The notes: generated by a model from the letters alone, not told the origin. Positions 47,693 through 58,681 are shown, counted from the first letter of the stretch. The stretch is 64,000 nt of DNA from Chloroflexota bacterium (GCA_965198285.1 OZ240251.1:624220-688219); one strand, 5' to 3'. Program-made: numbers and translations.

Positions 47693-48433
47693 CGCCCGGC
47701 TGACCGTCACGGCCGATGCGGCCGGCGCCCGCGACCTGGCGGTCGGCGGCCTCTCGCAGGGCTCCGGGATGGGCTGACTGCGGGCGCTTGGATCCGTTCG
47801 AGGAGGACTCCGGTCTGTCGTGCTCGGACCAGAACCGCCGTCTGGACACGCATCCCGAAACCGTGAGGCGCTGGAGGGACTAGGGCGTGCGGCCCAGGGC
47901 GCGTCACCGCATGATGGCGCATTTGAAGCTGCCTGACTCGCTGGGCCTCGGGCGCGGGCGCCGGCAGCCCCTGACGCTGCCAATGGCGTCGTCGGCTCGA
48001 CGCCGGCTCAGGCCAGCGATCCCAACGGCCTGACCAGCTAGCCGCCGACGGTCGATGCGCCGGTCCATCCGCTGGTGCTACGCAGGTCGCACCGCTGCCG
48101 CTTCCCGCTGCGTCGGGAAAGTGCCTGGGACGACCCGCCGGCCCGTGCTACGATAGGCGACTGCCTGAAAAGGCATCCGCGCATTTCGGCGGCGCTTGAT
48201 TCATCAGCCGCCCCCGGCAGCGCACCGGCGGAATCCGCTGGGCGCGGGCGCGACGGCACCTTAACAGGGGAAGAGTGAGTGTGAGTGCTCGCGTCATTCC
48301 ATAGTGTCTGGCGCGACGGTAGATCCACGTGATTGAGGACGACTCGGTGGCTCTGGGGTCCGGCCCAGCCGGTGCCCCGGGGATATTGCGATCTATTCAC
48401 GCCGTTATCGGCGTGTTGTGAGATTGATTTGGC

Positions 48434-49948
<1,515 letters not shown>

Positions 49949-50128
49949 AGGGAATGCGTCGCTCGGTTTCGGCCGAGCGGCCACCCAGGTTGAGCGATCA
50001 CGCGGAAATGCCGTCGCATTGACGGCTCCCGCGCGCCAGACCAAAAAAATCCATCGAGTCGACAGGAATGGCTCAGCCTCACACTCACTCTTTCCCTGTC
50101 AAGGTCCTCCATGTGCCACCATGCACAC

Positions 50129-50455
50129 GGAGCGTCGGGCCGGTCAGGCGGCCGCTCCGGTTCACGCCGGAGAGGAAAGTCCGCACTTCACAGAGCGCGG
50201 TAGCGGGTAACACCCGTCGCCCAAGTCGGTTCACGCCGGCAAGGGCCGGAACAGGGGCACAGTGACGATGCCCACGCCCCCAGCCGGGGGCGCGGGAGTG
50301 AAACGGCTAACCTCTACCTGAAGCAAGGCCAAGTCGGGACGCCACCAGGCTGCTCGCCCAGTCCCAGGTAGGCTGCACGAGGCCGGCGGCAACGCCGGTC
50401 CCAGATAGATGGCCGCCCACGACAGAATGCGGCTTATCGACCGGTCCGACGCTCT
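50129..50455 (+). ncRNA. rnpB: RNase P RNA (bacterial type A)
   Basis: GGAGAGGAAAGTCCG (P4/CR-I)...GGTAACACC...AGCAAGGCCAA...GGTAGGCTGC...CCAGATAGATGGCCGCCCACGACAGAATGCGGCTTATCG (CR-IV/V); P1 pairing GAGCGTCGGGCCGGT / ACCGGTCCGACGCTC. Strong similarity to E. coli M1 RNA motifs. Confidence 0.85.
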
Positions 50456-50581
50456 TCGGTAACCGGCGGCGCCTGTCCGGAAGCTGCGCTTGGACGCCGA
50501 TTCTCGATTCGGAACCCTTGCGTGCCCGCCAGCCGCCCAGACATCAGCCCGCCCAGCCCCCACTGGTTCGCTACAATGGCG

Positions 50582-50656
<75 letters not shown>

Positions 50657-50870
50657 CTATTCCCTACGCGAGGCGACCTCTTGGGTACCGCTCTTTTACA
50701 GCGCCCGCAGGCTGGCTTCGAGGCGCTGCTAGGTATTTCCGATTGACCAGAGGAGCCCCGTAGCTCACCGTCTCGCAACTCCATCGCTCGAACGATAGGT
50801 GACCGACGAAAGACGACAAGGCGATAGATTCCGATATAGTTGGATGATTTCGTACTTCCACGGGGACAGG

Positions 50871-51125
50871 GTGGCGCAGGTCAAGAAGAGCATCACTGTG
50901 ACGGATCGCCAGGAACAGTGGATCAGGGCGCAGATCGCGAGCGGCGAATACGGGAGTGACAGCGAGTATGTCCGTGACTTAATCCGTCGCGATCAGGACC
51001 AGAACGCGGCCTTCCGGGACTTGACGGCGGCAATTCAGAAAGGTCTGGCGAGCGGTATGAGCGACAAGCCGGTGAAGGAGGTTTGGGCGGAAGCGGAGCA
51101 ACGCTACCGAGCTAGGCATGGCTGA
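50871..51125 (+). CDS. parD: ParD-family antitoxin (RHH)
   Basis: VAQVKKSITVTDRQEQWIRAQIASGEYGSDSEYVRDLIRRDQDQNAAF...; GTG start; overlaps parE. Confidence 0.7.
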   Translation: MAQVKKSITVTDRQEQWIRAQIASGEYGSDSEYVRDLIRRDQDQNAAFRDLTAAIQKGLASGMSDKPVKEVWAEAEQRYRARHG

Positions 51126-51417
51126 CTTCCGTCTGTCCGCCCGCGCTGATGCCGATCTCGCCGGGATCGCCAACTACACGATCGAGACATTCGGCATCGA
51201 ACCGGCTCGCCAGTATCGGGACGCTCTGGAAGCTTGCTTTCATAATCTTGTGTGGAACCCGCATTTGGGTCGCAGCGTGAAACGGCTTGCGCCTAGCCTG
51301 CGGCGCTTCCAACTCCAGTCGTATGCGGTCTGTGCGACGCGGACCATGAGGGTATTCTGCTCGTCCGCATATGTTTCTTATGACACGTCGCCTTACAGAC
51401 ACAAAGCAACGTGCTAG
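51118..51417 (+). CDS. parE: ParE/RelE-family toxin (C-terminus possibly frameshifted)
   Basis: MADFRLSARADADLAGIANYTIETFGIEPARQYRDALEACFHNLVWNPHLGRSVKRLAPSLRRFQLQSY.... The canonical C-terminal ...DDGxEILRVLH-like motif (CDADHEGILLVRI) is found in the +2 frame, ending at 51383. Confidence 0.5.
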   Translation: MADFRLSARADADLAGIANYTIETFGIEPARQYRDALEACFHNLVWNPHLGRSVKRLAPSLRRFQLQSYAVCATRTMRVFCSSAYVSYDTSPYRHKATC

Positions 51418-51848
51418 TAGAGTCGGAGACGGCTATGATAACCATTCGTCCAACTACCCGCGACCAGCCTTCCAATTCTCTTCCCCTCGGTTACAATAGG
51501 AGTGTGCTTCCTTAGAAAGCGTCCTATCGCAAGCATCAATTCGAATCCATAATGATGTGCCTTTCTCGCCACCGCCGGCAGGTTCTACTTCCGGCCGGAT
51601 CGCTTCATGGTGATGTTGACGGTAGGTGGGCCTCCTGCTTGACGACGGCCACCTACGCGATAGTGACCGTCGATGCTGTCTGCATCGCGAGTCGGTGGCC
51701 GATATTCAGCCTACCGGAATCTACTTCCAGAACCGCGAGGATCACCGTGCCGGTGATCGCGGGCGCGTGCTAACTCATGCTACGCCATGCTTGCCGCGCA
51801 TTGACGCCGGGGGCGAGTATCTCTGCCGAAAGCGCTGAGCCTCGCTGC

Positions 51849-52430
51849 ATGCGCATCCGACGCTACGGACCGACCGCAATCTTGATAGTGAGTCTCACGG
51901 GCTCGTTGCTCCCAGCACTCGGACCGCGCGCCTTGAATCTCGCGGCGTGGATCGACTATATCGACCCTGACATTGATGGGTCACTCGGAAATACCTACAG
52001 CAGCGCCCTCTGGCTAGGTGTTGCTGTAATGGCTGCCGTGCTTTGCCGGCACGCCGACTATCGCCCAGGCTGGTCGAGCATCATATTGCTCGCGACAGCT
52101 CTGGCGATCGGTGAAATACATGACTTCAAGGATGAGCTGGAGGCGGCCGTTACAGAAAAGCTGTTACCTGTGAATTGGACTGTTATTCTCGCCCCAGTCG
52201 CGCTCCCGTTCCTGATCTTGGCTACCCGAGCCTTGTGGACCGCGACCCGAACGTCGACGCTTCGCGCACTACTTATTGCTTCCAGTGTCCTGGTTCTTAT
52301 AGCACTCGTGCTTGACAGCGCCAAGCCTCATGGCGTGTGGAAAAACATAGCTGAAGAATTATCGGAATTGATGGCCGCGGCGATACTGATTGCGATCCTC
52401 GCATCTGTGCTCGGCTGGGTGTCACCATAG
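51849..52430 (+). CDS. hypothetical integral membrane protein
   Basis: Several hydrophobic helices (ILIVSLTGSLLPALG..., LWLGVAVMAAVL..., LIASSVLVLIALVL...). Lower-GC island adjacent to the tRNA. Confidence 0.45.
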   Translation: MRIRRYGPTAILIVSLTGSLLPALGPRALNLAAWIDYIDPDIDGSLGNTYSSALWLGVAVMAAVLCRHADYRPGWSSIILLATALAIGEIHDFKDELEAAVTEKLLPVNWTVILAPVALPFLILATRALWTATRTSTLRALLIASSVLVLIALVLDSAKPHGVWKNIAEELSELMAAAILIAILASVLGWVSP

Positions 52431-52463
52431 CCAACGTTCGCTATCCGACGTCCACTCTGCGCG

Positions 52464-53078
52464 ATGGCCGGATTCGCGGTACTTGCTGTAGGAGCCCTGG
52501 CAATCACTGAGTACGAAATCCGTGATACTGGCGTGTACTGGGACTCGCCGGAACGTGAGCACGGGCCTCTCACCATGGTTTCCCAAACCCTTCAGGTCAA
52601 CCACGCCTATCTTTCTCGTATTGAGGTGTGGGCCACAGCTGTCGGTGGTGAGGGGGCAATCTTTATGCGCCTAACGCCCGTCGGGTCGGCGCGGCCAATC
52701 CGTGAGAGTCGCGCGGCCGTGCACCATCCTCGCTGGAGCGAGCAGACCGTTGACCTTAAATTCGTCCCCGTTCCTGATAGCCAAGGCCAGACGTACGATC
52801 TCACAATTGGGGCGTTGGTCCCAACGCCGCATGTGTTTCTCGGACTGTCAACCGACAATCCGAATTCGCTAAGCGCCGTTCGAATCAATGGGGAGCCTGA
52901 TCGCTGGGCAAATGATCTTGCGCTGCGGACGTATTGGAGGGGGCGAGCACCAGAGGCTTTAGCTGCAATGATTCAGCAGGATCCGCGAACCTTAACGATG
53001 CTTGGGGTAATGGTGATCATTGCGACGCTAAGTGTCGGTATCGTTACGCTGTGGGTGCTGTCCGCGCATCGAGGGTAG
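52464..53078 (+). CDS. hypothetical membrane-anchored protein
   Basis: N-terminal helix (FAVLAVGALAI) and C-terminal helix (LGVMVIIATLSVGIVTLWVL). Confidence 0.45.
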   Translation: MAGFAVLAVGALAITEYEIRDTGVYWDSPEREHGPLTMVSQTLQVNHAYLSRIEVWATAVGGEGAIFMRLTPVGSARPIRESRAAVHHPRWSEQTVDLKFVPVPDSQGQTYDLTIGALVPTPHVFLGLSTDNPNSLSAVRINGEPDRWANDLALRTYWRGRAPEALAAMIQQDPRTLTMLGVMVIIATLSVGIVTLWVLSAHRG

Positions 53079-53169
53079 AGTATGACAATCGAACGTCAGA
53101 ATATGAATATTTGCGTTACTTTCAGTGCAAGGACGGCCACGGCATACGCAAGCCTGTGCGTCTGCGTAC

Positions 53170-53197
53170 TTGATATCGTTGCCGTAGTGTGTATAAT
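53170..53197 (+). promoter_or_regulatory. sigma70-like promoter (TTGATA-16-TATAAT) driving a leaderless hicA
   Basis: TTGATA 53170..53175 and TATAAT 53192..53197; the GTG start at 53205 is 7 nt past the -10 box. Confidence 0.5.
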
Positions 53198-53204
53198 ACA
53201 TACA

Positions 53205-53330
53205 GTGGATAGGCGGGAAGTTCTGCGCCTGCTCCGTCGCGACGGCTGGCTGCTCAGGAACGCAAGGGGTAGCCATCACCAGTTCACGCATCCTGACAAG
53301 CCTGGGCGCGTCACGGTCAAGCACCCGTAA
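53205..53330 (+). CDS. hicA: HicA-family toxin, truncated by an in-frame TAA
   Basis: VDRREVLRLLRRDGWLLRNARGSHHQFTHPDKPGRVTVKHP-[TAA]-RDISIGTLRSIFRQAGWNWKER-[TAA]. The 21 codons after the stop continue in the same frame and match the usual HicA C-terminal tail; the second TAA overlaps the hicB ATG. Confidence 0.55.
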   Translation: MDRREVLRLLRRDGWLLRNARGSHHQFTHPDKPGRVTVKHP

Positions 53331-53398
53331 CGGGACATATCGATCGGCACGCTACGGAGCATCTTCCGTCAGGCTGGTTGGAATTGGAAGGAACGCTA

Positions 53399-53806
53399 AT
53401 GCAGTTTCCAATCGTAATTCACAAAGACGAGACAAGCGACTACGGTGTCACGGTTCCCGATTTACCCGGGTGCTTCTCAGCAGGTGACTCGTTTGAGGAC
53501 GCCGTGAGCTCGGCCCACGAAGCTGTTGCCTGCCATATCGAAGGCTTGCTTATGGATGGCGAGTCTATCCCGGAACGTAAGCCGATCGAGCTACATCAAA
53601 CCAATCAGGACTACGAGAACGGCGTCTGGGCGCTGATTGATGTTGATGTTTCTAAACTCTCGAGCAAGACGGTGCGGGTCAATATCACAATGCCTTCACG
53701 CGTGTTGTCCATTATTGATGAAGCAGCGGCTCGGGAGAGAGAGTCCCGCTCGGGGTTACTCACGCGTGCTGCCCTTCAATTCGTGGATAGGCAGACGACC
53801 GCATAG
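53399..53806 (+). CDS. hicB: HicB-family antitoxin with C-terminal RHH domain
   Basis: MQFPIVIHKDETSDYGVTVPDLPGCFSAGDSFEDAVSSAHEAVACHIEGL...VNITMPSRVLSIIDEAAARERESRSGLLTRAALQFV. Confidence 0.75.
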   Translation: MQFPIVIHKDETSDYGVTVPDLPGCFSAGDSFEDAVSSAHEAVACHIEGLLMDGESIPERKPIELHQTNQDYENGVWALIDVDVSKLSSKTVRVNITMPSRVLSIIDEAAARERESRSGLLTRAALQFVDRQTTA

Positions 53807-53896
53807 GTAGCTAGGATTTAGTTCCGTCTGAAACTGGACTCTCCAGAACCACCACGTGAAGCAACCAGCGGCTTGCAGTCTGTGGTGTTCGCCCCG

Positions 53897-54886
53897 CTAG
53901 GTCGCCGTTGTAAGTTCAAGCGGATAAATCGGCGTGTCCTTACCGTAATGCAACCGCAGCGCCCAATCCCAGATACTGAAGTACGGCACCGGCGTCAACG
54001 TCGTGCCTTCCAGCGGACCTGAGGTAGCCAGGCCGCTCAGCACGTCCCAGCGGCTGCCGGTCTCCCGGTCGGTCAGGTCGGTCCCGTCGGCGCTAAAGCT
54101 CAGGTGGCGTCCATTGACCCGCGCCTCGTAGGTACGCACCAGCCGCCGCTCGGGCTCCGCAAACGCCACCACCGGGGTAGTACCCACCACGGCCTGCTGC
54201 ACGCCAAGCCGAGCCGTCTCGTCAAAGTAAAACCCGGCCGCCGCGCCGTCGATCTCGACGCCGATCACCCAGATGTCCTTGGGCAACCGCTGGTTGTGGA
54301 AGGCGCTGTTTGGCGCGCTCAACGACAGCCGCTGTTTCAACACCAGCGTCGTCGGGTGCTGCTCGAGCCACGATCCCCAGGGTGTCAGCGTGGCGACCAC
54401 CGGCTTCAGCCTGGCGCCGTCCAGCGGACCGTCCAGCGCCTCCCCGAACACCTGGCTCCAGATGCTGCCGGTCTCGTGGTCCCACCAGGTCTGAGCCCCT
54501 TTGTAGAGTGCCCCCTGCACCCCCAGCGTCAGGGTCTGCCCTTCCCACATCCGTTCGTACACAAGGCCCGTGTAGCAAAGCGGGCACCACGTGATCGCCA
54601 CCGGTACCCCGCCCACCACGTCATTCACGATCTCGTAGCTCACCAGCGGCTCGATGGGGTACGCGCGGGCGTCGCCGTTGATCTCCACCGCCAGCACCAT
54701 CTCTTCCGGTGCCAGGGCGATGTTGTCGGGCGTCGTCAGGCCCGGCTCGTAGATAGGCTGAATCCCGTCCCGCAGCGTCCGCACGTCCCAGCGCAGTTCA
54801 TAGGCCGTGGACTGCTGCGGCAGGAAGAGCAGCGCTCCTAGGACCGCCGCCACGGCCAGCGCCCCAAGCACGCGTCGTCGTCTCAT
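53897..54886 (-). CDS. DUF3179 family protein, paralog 3
   Basis: MRRRRVLGALAVAAVLGALL (signal/anchor)...RAYPIEPLVSYEIVNDVVGGVPVAITWCPLCYTG...WWDHETGS; same family as the two tandem genes at 5.2-8.0 kb. Confidence 0.75.
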   Translation of the reverse strand: MRRRRVLGALAVAAVLGALLFLPQQSTAYELRWDVRTLRDGIQPIYEPGLTTPDNIALAPEEMVLAVEINGDARAYPIEPLVSYEIVNDVVGGVPVAITWCPLCYTGLVYERMWEGQTLTLGVQGALYKGAQTWWDHETGSIWSQVFGEALDGPLDGARLKPVVATLTPWGSWLEQHPTTLVLKQRLSLSAPNSAFHNQRLPKDIWVIGVEIDGAAAGFYFDETARLGVQQAVVGTTPVVAFAEPERRLVRTYEARVNGRHLSFSADGTDLTDRETGSRWDVLSGLATSGPLEGTTLTPVPYFSIWDWALRLHYGKDTPIYPLELTTAT

Positions 54887-54999
54887 GCCACGATCGTAAA
54901 CCGGCGCAGGGGGCAGACACATGCGGATGCATCGGGCGGGCACCCATGGCACAGCGTGAAGGAGGAGCCGTTGGATGCGAATCGACGCGCAGCGGACCC

Positions 55000-56424
55000 A
55001 TGCCACTGATGCGTCGGTGCATTCCTCGCCGCCGCCTGCTGGCACTCGCGGCGGCGACGCCCGTACTGGCGGCCTGCGCCGAACCGGTCGCGCCGCGTCG
55101 CCTGTCCCAACTCTGGCCCGAACCGCCGCTGGACCGCGCCGCGGCCCTCACCACCGCCGGCTGGCAGGGCTACTGGTACGCCCGCTACGTCGGCGGCCTC
55201 ATCGCGACGCAGCCCGGCCTGGGGGTACCGGCCACCACGCTGGAAGCCGAAAGCCGAGCGACCCTTGCCTCCGCGCGGCCGGGCGCCGCGCCAATTGCGC
55301 TCCCGTACGCAACCGCGACCGTAGACGACCCCTCAACTTCCGGCGGAGACGTGCGCGTTCAGCAGACCGACGGCGTCGTCCGCGTGCGCACCGCCGCCCT
55401 CTACATGCGCCTGCTGCAGGCTCTGGCGCAAGCCCATCGCGTGCGCACGGCCGAAGCGCCGCCCGGCGCGGCCCGAACCCACGAACGTCGGCTGGCGTCG
55501 GCCTATGCCGCGCTCGGCGTCGAAGCCTCCAACCGCGTCCAGGCCGACCTGCTCCGCCCCAGCCTGGGCGTCCTCTTCGATTCGGATGACACCTACGACC
55601 CGCTCGGCAACATCGACCTCATCTGGGCCACGGCCGACGCGGCTCGCCTTGCGCTGAATTCCGGCTCGAGAGAAGTCGCCGCCAGGCTGCAAGCCACAGC
55701 CGACCAGTTGTACGCCGTCTATCGCACCAGCCTTCCCCGCTCAATTGATGAGGCCCATCGCATGGTCCGCGCCCAGGCCCGCCTCCAGCTGGTGACGGGC
55801 CGCGACGACTTCCGCGCCTTCATTCCAGTCCAGCAGCGCCGCATCGCCTACTGGCTCCGCGACCGGCAGCCCGCCGACATCCTGGAAGCGGCCAACGCCC
55901 TGTCGGCGCTGATCCGGTTGACCCCGCTCATGCCACCCGACAGCGGCGTTCGGGAACGCGCCGGCGACCTGTTCCTGGACTTGGCGACGTCCTTCGACCG
56001 GGACAATGGCTGGCTGCGCGATCGATTTGCCTATACCGCCGCCGAGGTCGCGGCGCTGCTGCGGGCACTGCGCCTGACGGCCTTCCACGGCCCGCCGCCC
56101 ATCGAGCGACGCTTCGCCCGCGACCTCCTGGTGACGGTCTGGGATTCGCTCGTGAACCGCAGCCGGCTCATGCGCGGCGCGCCGCCCGGTCGGGCCAACG
56201 GCGTGGCGCAACCCTGGGAGCAGCACCTGGACGCCTCCGCCTACCGCCACCCAGCCGTACGCACCGACGCCGCCCCACTCTTCGCCCGCGCCGTCTCCCG
56301 CGATGCCTCCGGCTGGATCGCCGTCGACCCCTCGCTGGAAACCGCGCCGGCTCTTGAACTGGCCCTTGAATCGCTCTGGCTCCACGCCAGCTTCGAGGCA
56401 CTCAGCGGTGAGGCCGCCGCCTGA
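55000..56424 (+). CDS. hypothetical lipoprotein
   Basis: MPLMRRCIPRRRLLALAAATPVLAAC (Tat-like signal plus lipobox); Ala/Arg-rich helical body; no recognisable domain. Confidence 0.5.
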   Translation: MPLMRRCIPRRRLLALAAATPVLAACAEPVAPRRLSQLWPEPPLDRAAALTTAGWQGYWYARYVGGLIATQPGLGVPATTLEAESRATLASARPGAAPIALPYATATVDDPSTSGGDVRVQQTDGVVRVRTAALYMRLLQALAQAHRVRTAEAPPGAARTHERRLASAYAALGVEASNRVQADLLRPSLGVLFDSDDTYDPLGNIDLIWATADAARLALNSGSREVAARLQATADQLYAVYRTSLPRSIDEAHRMVRAQARLQLVTGRDDFRAFIPVQQRRIAYWLRDRQPADILEAANALSALIRLTPLMPPDSGVRERAGDLFLDLATSFDRDNGWLRDRFAYTAAEVAALLRALRLTAFHGPPPIERRFARDLLVTVWDSLVNRSRLMRGAPPGRANGVAQPWEQHLDASAYRHPAVRTDAAPLFARAVSRDASGWIAVDPSLETAPALELALESLWLHASFEALSGEAAA

Positions 56425-56478
56425 CCAGATGTTTCACGTGAAATATCCGGCTCGTCCGGCAGCCCGCGCGCCTCTAGG

Positions 56479-57282
56479 TCAGGGCAAATGTTTCACGTGA
56501 AACATTCGCGGATGCCATCGCCGCAGTAACAGCGTTCCGACCCCGCCGCTGACGGTGCCGGCGCTCACGATCATGGCCAGCCGCAGTCCCTCGCCCACGA
56601 TGATGGGATCGGCGCGAATCGCCTCGATCCAGAAACGCCCGACCGAGTAAGCCGCCAGCACGCCCAACGCTAGGTCGCCCGCACGCAACCCGCGCCCGCG
56701 CCTCACCACCGCCAACGCTCCCAGAAAGACGACCAGCGCCCACAGCGACTCGTACAGAAACGTGGGGTGGAACCCGTTCTGTTCCAGGTAAAGCAGCGGC
56801 CGGTACTCCTCATTTACCGACAGCGCCCACGGCAAGTCCGTCGGCGCCCCGAACGACTGCTGGTTGAAATAGTCGCCCCAGCGCGCAATGGCGACGGCTA
56901 GCGGAAACCCCAGCGCCGCCGCGTCCAGCCAGCGCAGCAAATCAAGACGCGCCAGCCGCGCATACACCACCATGGCCACCAGCCCCCCGGCCAGCGCCCC
57001 ATGCAGGGCCACCCCGCCCTCCCAAATCAACCACGCCAGCCCCGGCTCGTCCGCAAACCGCCGCTCCCACTCAAAGACCAGGTAATACACCCGCGCCCCC
57101 AAAATCCCCGCCGGAACCGCCACCACCAGCAACGGCAGCGCGTGCCTCACATCCAGCCCCACGCGCCCCGCCTGCCACCGCGCCACACACGCCCCCGCCA
57201 GCACCCCCACCGCCAGCAACAGCCCCCACCAGCGCACCACCCCCCACGCCGGAACCGCAAACTCCGAATACGGCTCAGGCAT
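56479..57282 (-). CDS. lgt: prolipoprotein diacylglyceryl transferase
   Basis: ...GARVYYLVFEWERRF...LIWEGGVALHGALAGG...GDYFNQQSFGAPTDLPWAL.... The 3' end of the ORF runs through an ATGTTTCACGTGAAACAT palindrome. Confidence 0.8.
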   Translation of the reverse strand: MPEPYSEFAVPAWGVVRWWGLLLAVGVLAGACVARWQAGRVGLDVRHALPLLVVAVPAGILGARVYYLVFEWERRFADEPGLAWLIWEGGVALHGALAGGLVAMVVYARLARLDLLRWLDAAALGFPLAVAIARWGDYFNQQSFGAPTDLPWALSVNEEYRPLLYLEQNGFHPTFLYESLWALVVFLGALAVVRRGRGLRAGDLALGVLAAYSVGRFWIEAIRADPIIVGEGLRLAMIVSAGTVSGGVGTLLLRRWHPRMFHVKHLP

Positions 57283-57355
57283 TAGCGGCTACCCGCGCGG
57301 GTGGACAGTGGCCCTCGCTGTGAGTAACGAGGGCAAGGCTTGGGCGAAAGTGAGC

Positions 57356-57940
57356 CTAGCGGCTTGGGTGACTTATCTGTCTGCGGAGTTGCGCCAATCG
57401 CTGTCGAGAGGCCGTTCTTGGTCGCTTCTTGAGGTTGAGAGGCGGATCAAGTCTTTCCAGAACGACGTCCTCGATTCGCTCGAGTAAGTCGCGATCATCG
57501 ACTGGCGCGACCGCGACCCTTAGGTGGTCCTTGATCCACTCCGCGACCTTTTGACGATCTTCTGGTACCAAGTGTTTGGGCTTCTCCACGCGCAACTCCA
57601 ACGGTTCCAAGAGAAGCGCCGAGATAGCAAGTGCGAAGGTTGACCTCCTTGCAGTCGCTCTGATGTGGGGCCTCATCCTGCTCGCGAGAGTGGACTTCGG
57701 CCTCTTTCCGTTCTGCGTGGCGCCTGCTTGGCCGATGTAGATCATTTCCGAGATTGAGGAACTTAGAACCTGGCCGATCAGTTCCCGCGCTGTTGAATCA
57801 GCCCACCAGGAATAGAGGCCCGGTTTGCTGGCGGCAATAGGATCTGCTGGGAAAGTGCTCGGGTCTTCTGCGCGGGAACGGTCCGAAAGTAAGTCAACGA
57901 CATGATCGAAGTCGATCTGATTCGTACCCGACAGATTCAA
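57356..57940 (-). CDS. GIY-YIG-like nuclease domain protein (hypothetical)
   Basis: ...KPGLYSWWADSTAR...MIYIGQAGATQNGKRPKSTLASRMRPH has GIY-(10-11)-YIG spacing and the conserved Arg. Sits in a lower-GC stretch. Confidence 0.45.
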   Translation of the reverse strand: MNLSGTNQIDFDHVVDLLSDRSRAEDPSTFPADPIAASKPGLYSWWADSTARELIGQVLSSSISEMIYIGQAGATQNGKRPKSTLASRMRPHIRATARRSTFALAISALLLEPLELRVEKPKHLVPEDRQKVAEWIKDHLRVAVAPVDDRDLLERIEDVVLERLDPPLNLKKRPRTASRQRLAQLRRQISHPSR

Positions 57941-57992
57941 CCGTCTACCTCCAGGGACTGTCGTAACAAGCGATCCACCGCCGAGTGGCCGA

Positions 57993-58613
57993 TCATCCGG
58001 CAGCGGTCAAACCTGAGCTTTTCGTCCCTTTGGCGATCAGGAAGTCCAACACGTCGGCGTCGTACTGCCACTGCGCAATCTCGGCTGTCTCCCGGAACTC
58101 GCCGGTCGCGGTTCTTTCGAGCATCTGCTCAGTCGTCATCTCGTAGCGCAACTCGAACCGCCGAATCCGTCGGCGCAGCATGCGCTTGTGGTCGCTGAGC
58201 CGTCTGGGCTTTCCGTCCTTCGGAGGCTCACTCAACGCCCGGCGCTGCGTAGACGCCCTGACCGGAGGACCGCTAGTGGCGTTCCGACGAGTACGCGCTG
58301 CGTGGCCGCGAGCATTTCTCGCGGTCGAGCCTGAGCCAGCCGTGCGTTTCGTCGCGTTGGCTTCCAGATCCGCCAATTCGTCGGCGTCGTACTGCCATCT
58401 CGAGATCTCTGCCGTCTCCCGGAGCTCACCGCTGGCAGAGCGCTCAAGCATCCGCTCGGTCGTCATTTCGTAGCGCAACTCAAACCGCTGGATGCGACGC
58501 CGCAGGGTGCGTTTGTAGTCGCTGAGTCGACGGACCTTCAAGGCCTTCGGAAGGTTGTTCAACTCCCCGTTCCTCGTAGACATCGCGACGTCACCACTGC
58601 CAACAGTTCCCAA
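57993..58613 (-). CDS. hypothetical protein with a tandemly duplicated ~60-aa domain
   Basis: The two copies are RRLSDYKRTLRRRIQRFELRYEMTTERMLERSASGELRETAEISRWQYDAD and RRLSDHKRMLRRRIRRFELRYEMTTEQMLERTATGEFRETAEIAQWQYDAD. The DNA copies are 58080..58200 and 58370..58490. Confidence 0.45.
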   Translation of the reverse strand: MGTVGSGDVAMSTRNGELNNLPKALKVRRLSDYKRTLRRRIQRFELRYEMTTERMLERSASGELRETAEISRWQYDADELADLEANATKRTAGSGSTARNARGHAARTRRNATSGPPVRASTQRRALSEPPKDGKPRRLSDHKRMLRRRIRRFELRYEMTTEQMLERTATGEFRETAEIAQWQYDADVLDFLIAKGTKSSGLTAAG

Positions 58614-58681
58614 TCAAGATGCACCCAACAGTCCCCATCAGCAAGCCCTCACCCACCCCGTCTGCGGGACAACATTGGGCC

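Noticed and set aside
49949-50128. Possible 23S/5S rRNA or tRNA-Ile/Ala in the spacer after 16S
   Set aside because: There are no 23S or 5S signatures or tRNA cloverleafs. The region instead leads into RNase P RNA. Only short processing-type hairpins are present (GTCGCTCGGTTTCGGCCGAGCGGC).
56486-56506. Palindrome translated as the MFHVKH C-terminus of Lgt, taken as a meaningful peptide
   Set aside because: The 18-mer is a DNA dyad that reads the same on both strands. The codons are a by-product of the dyad, and the true lgt stop may lie earlier.
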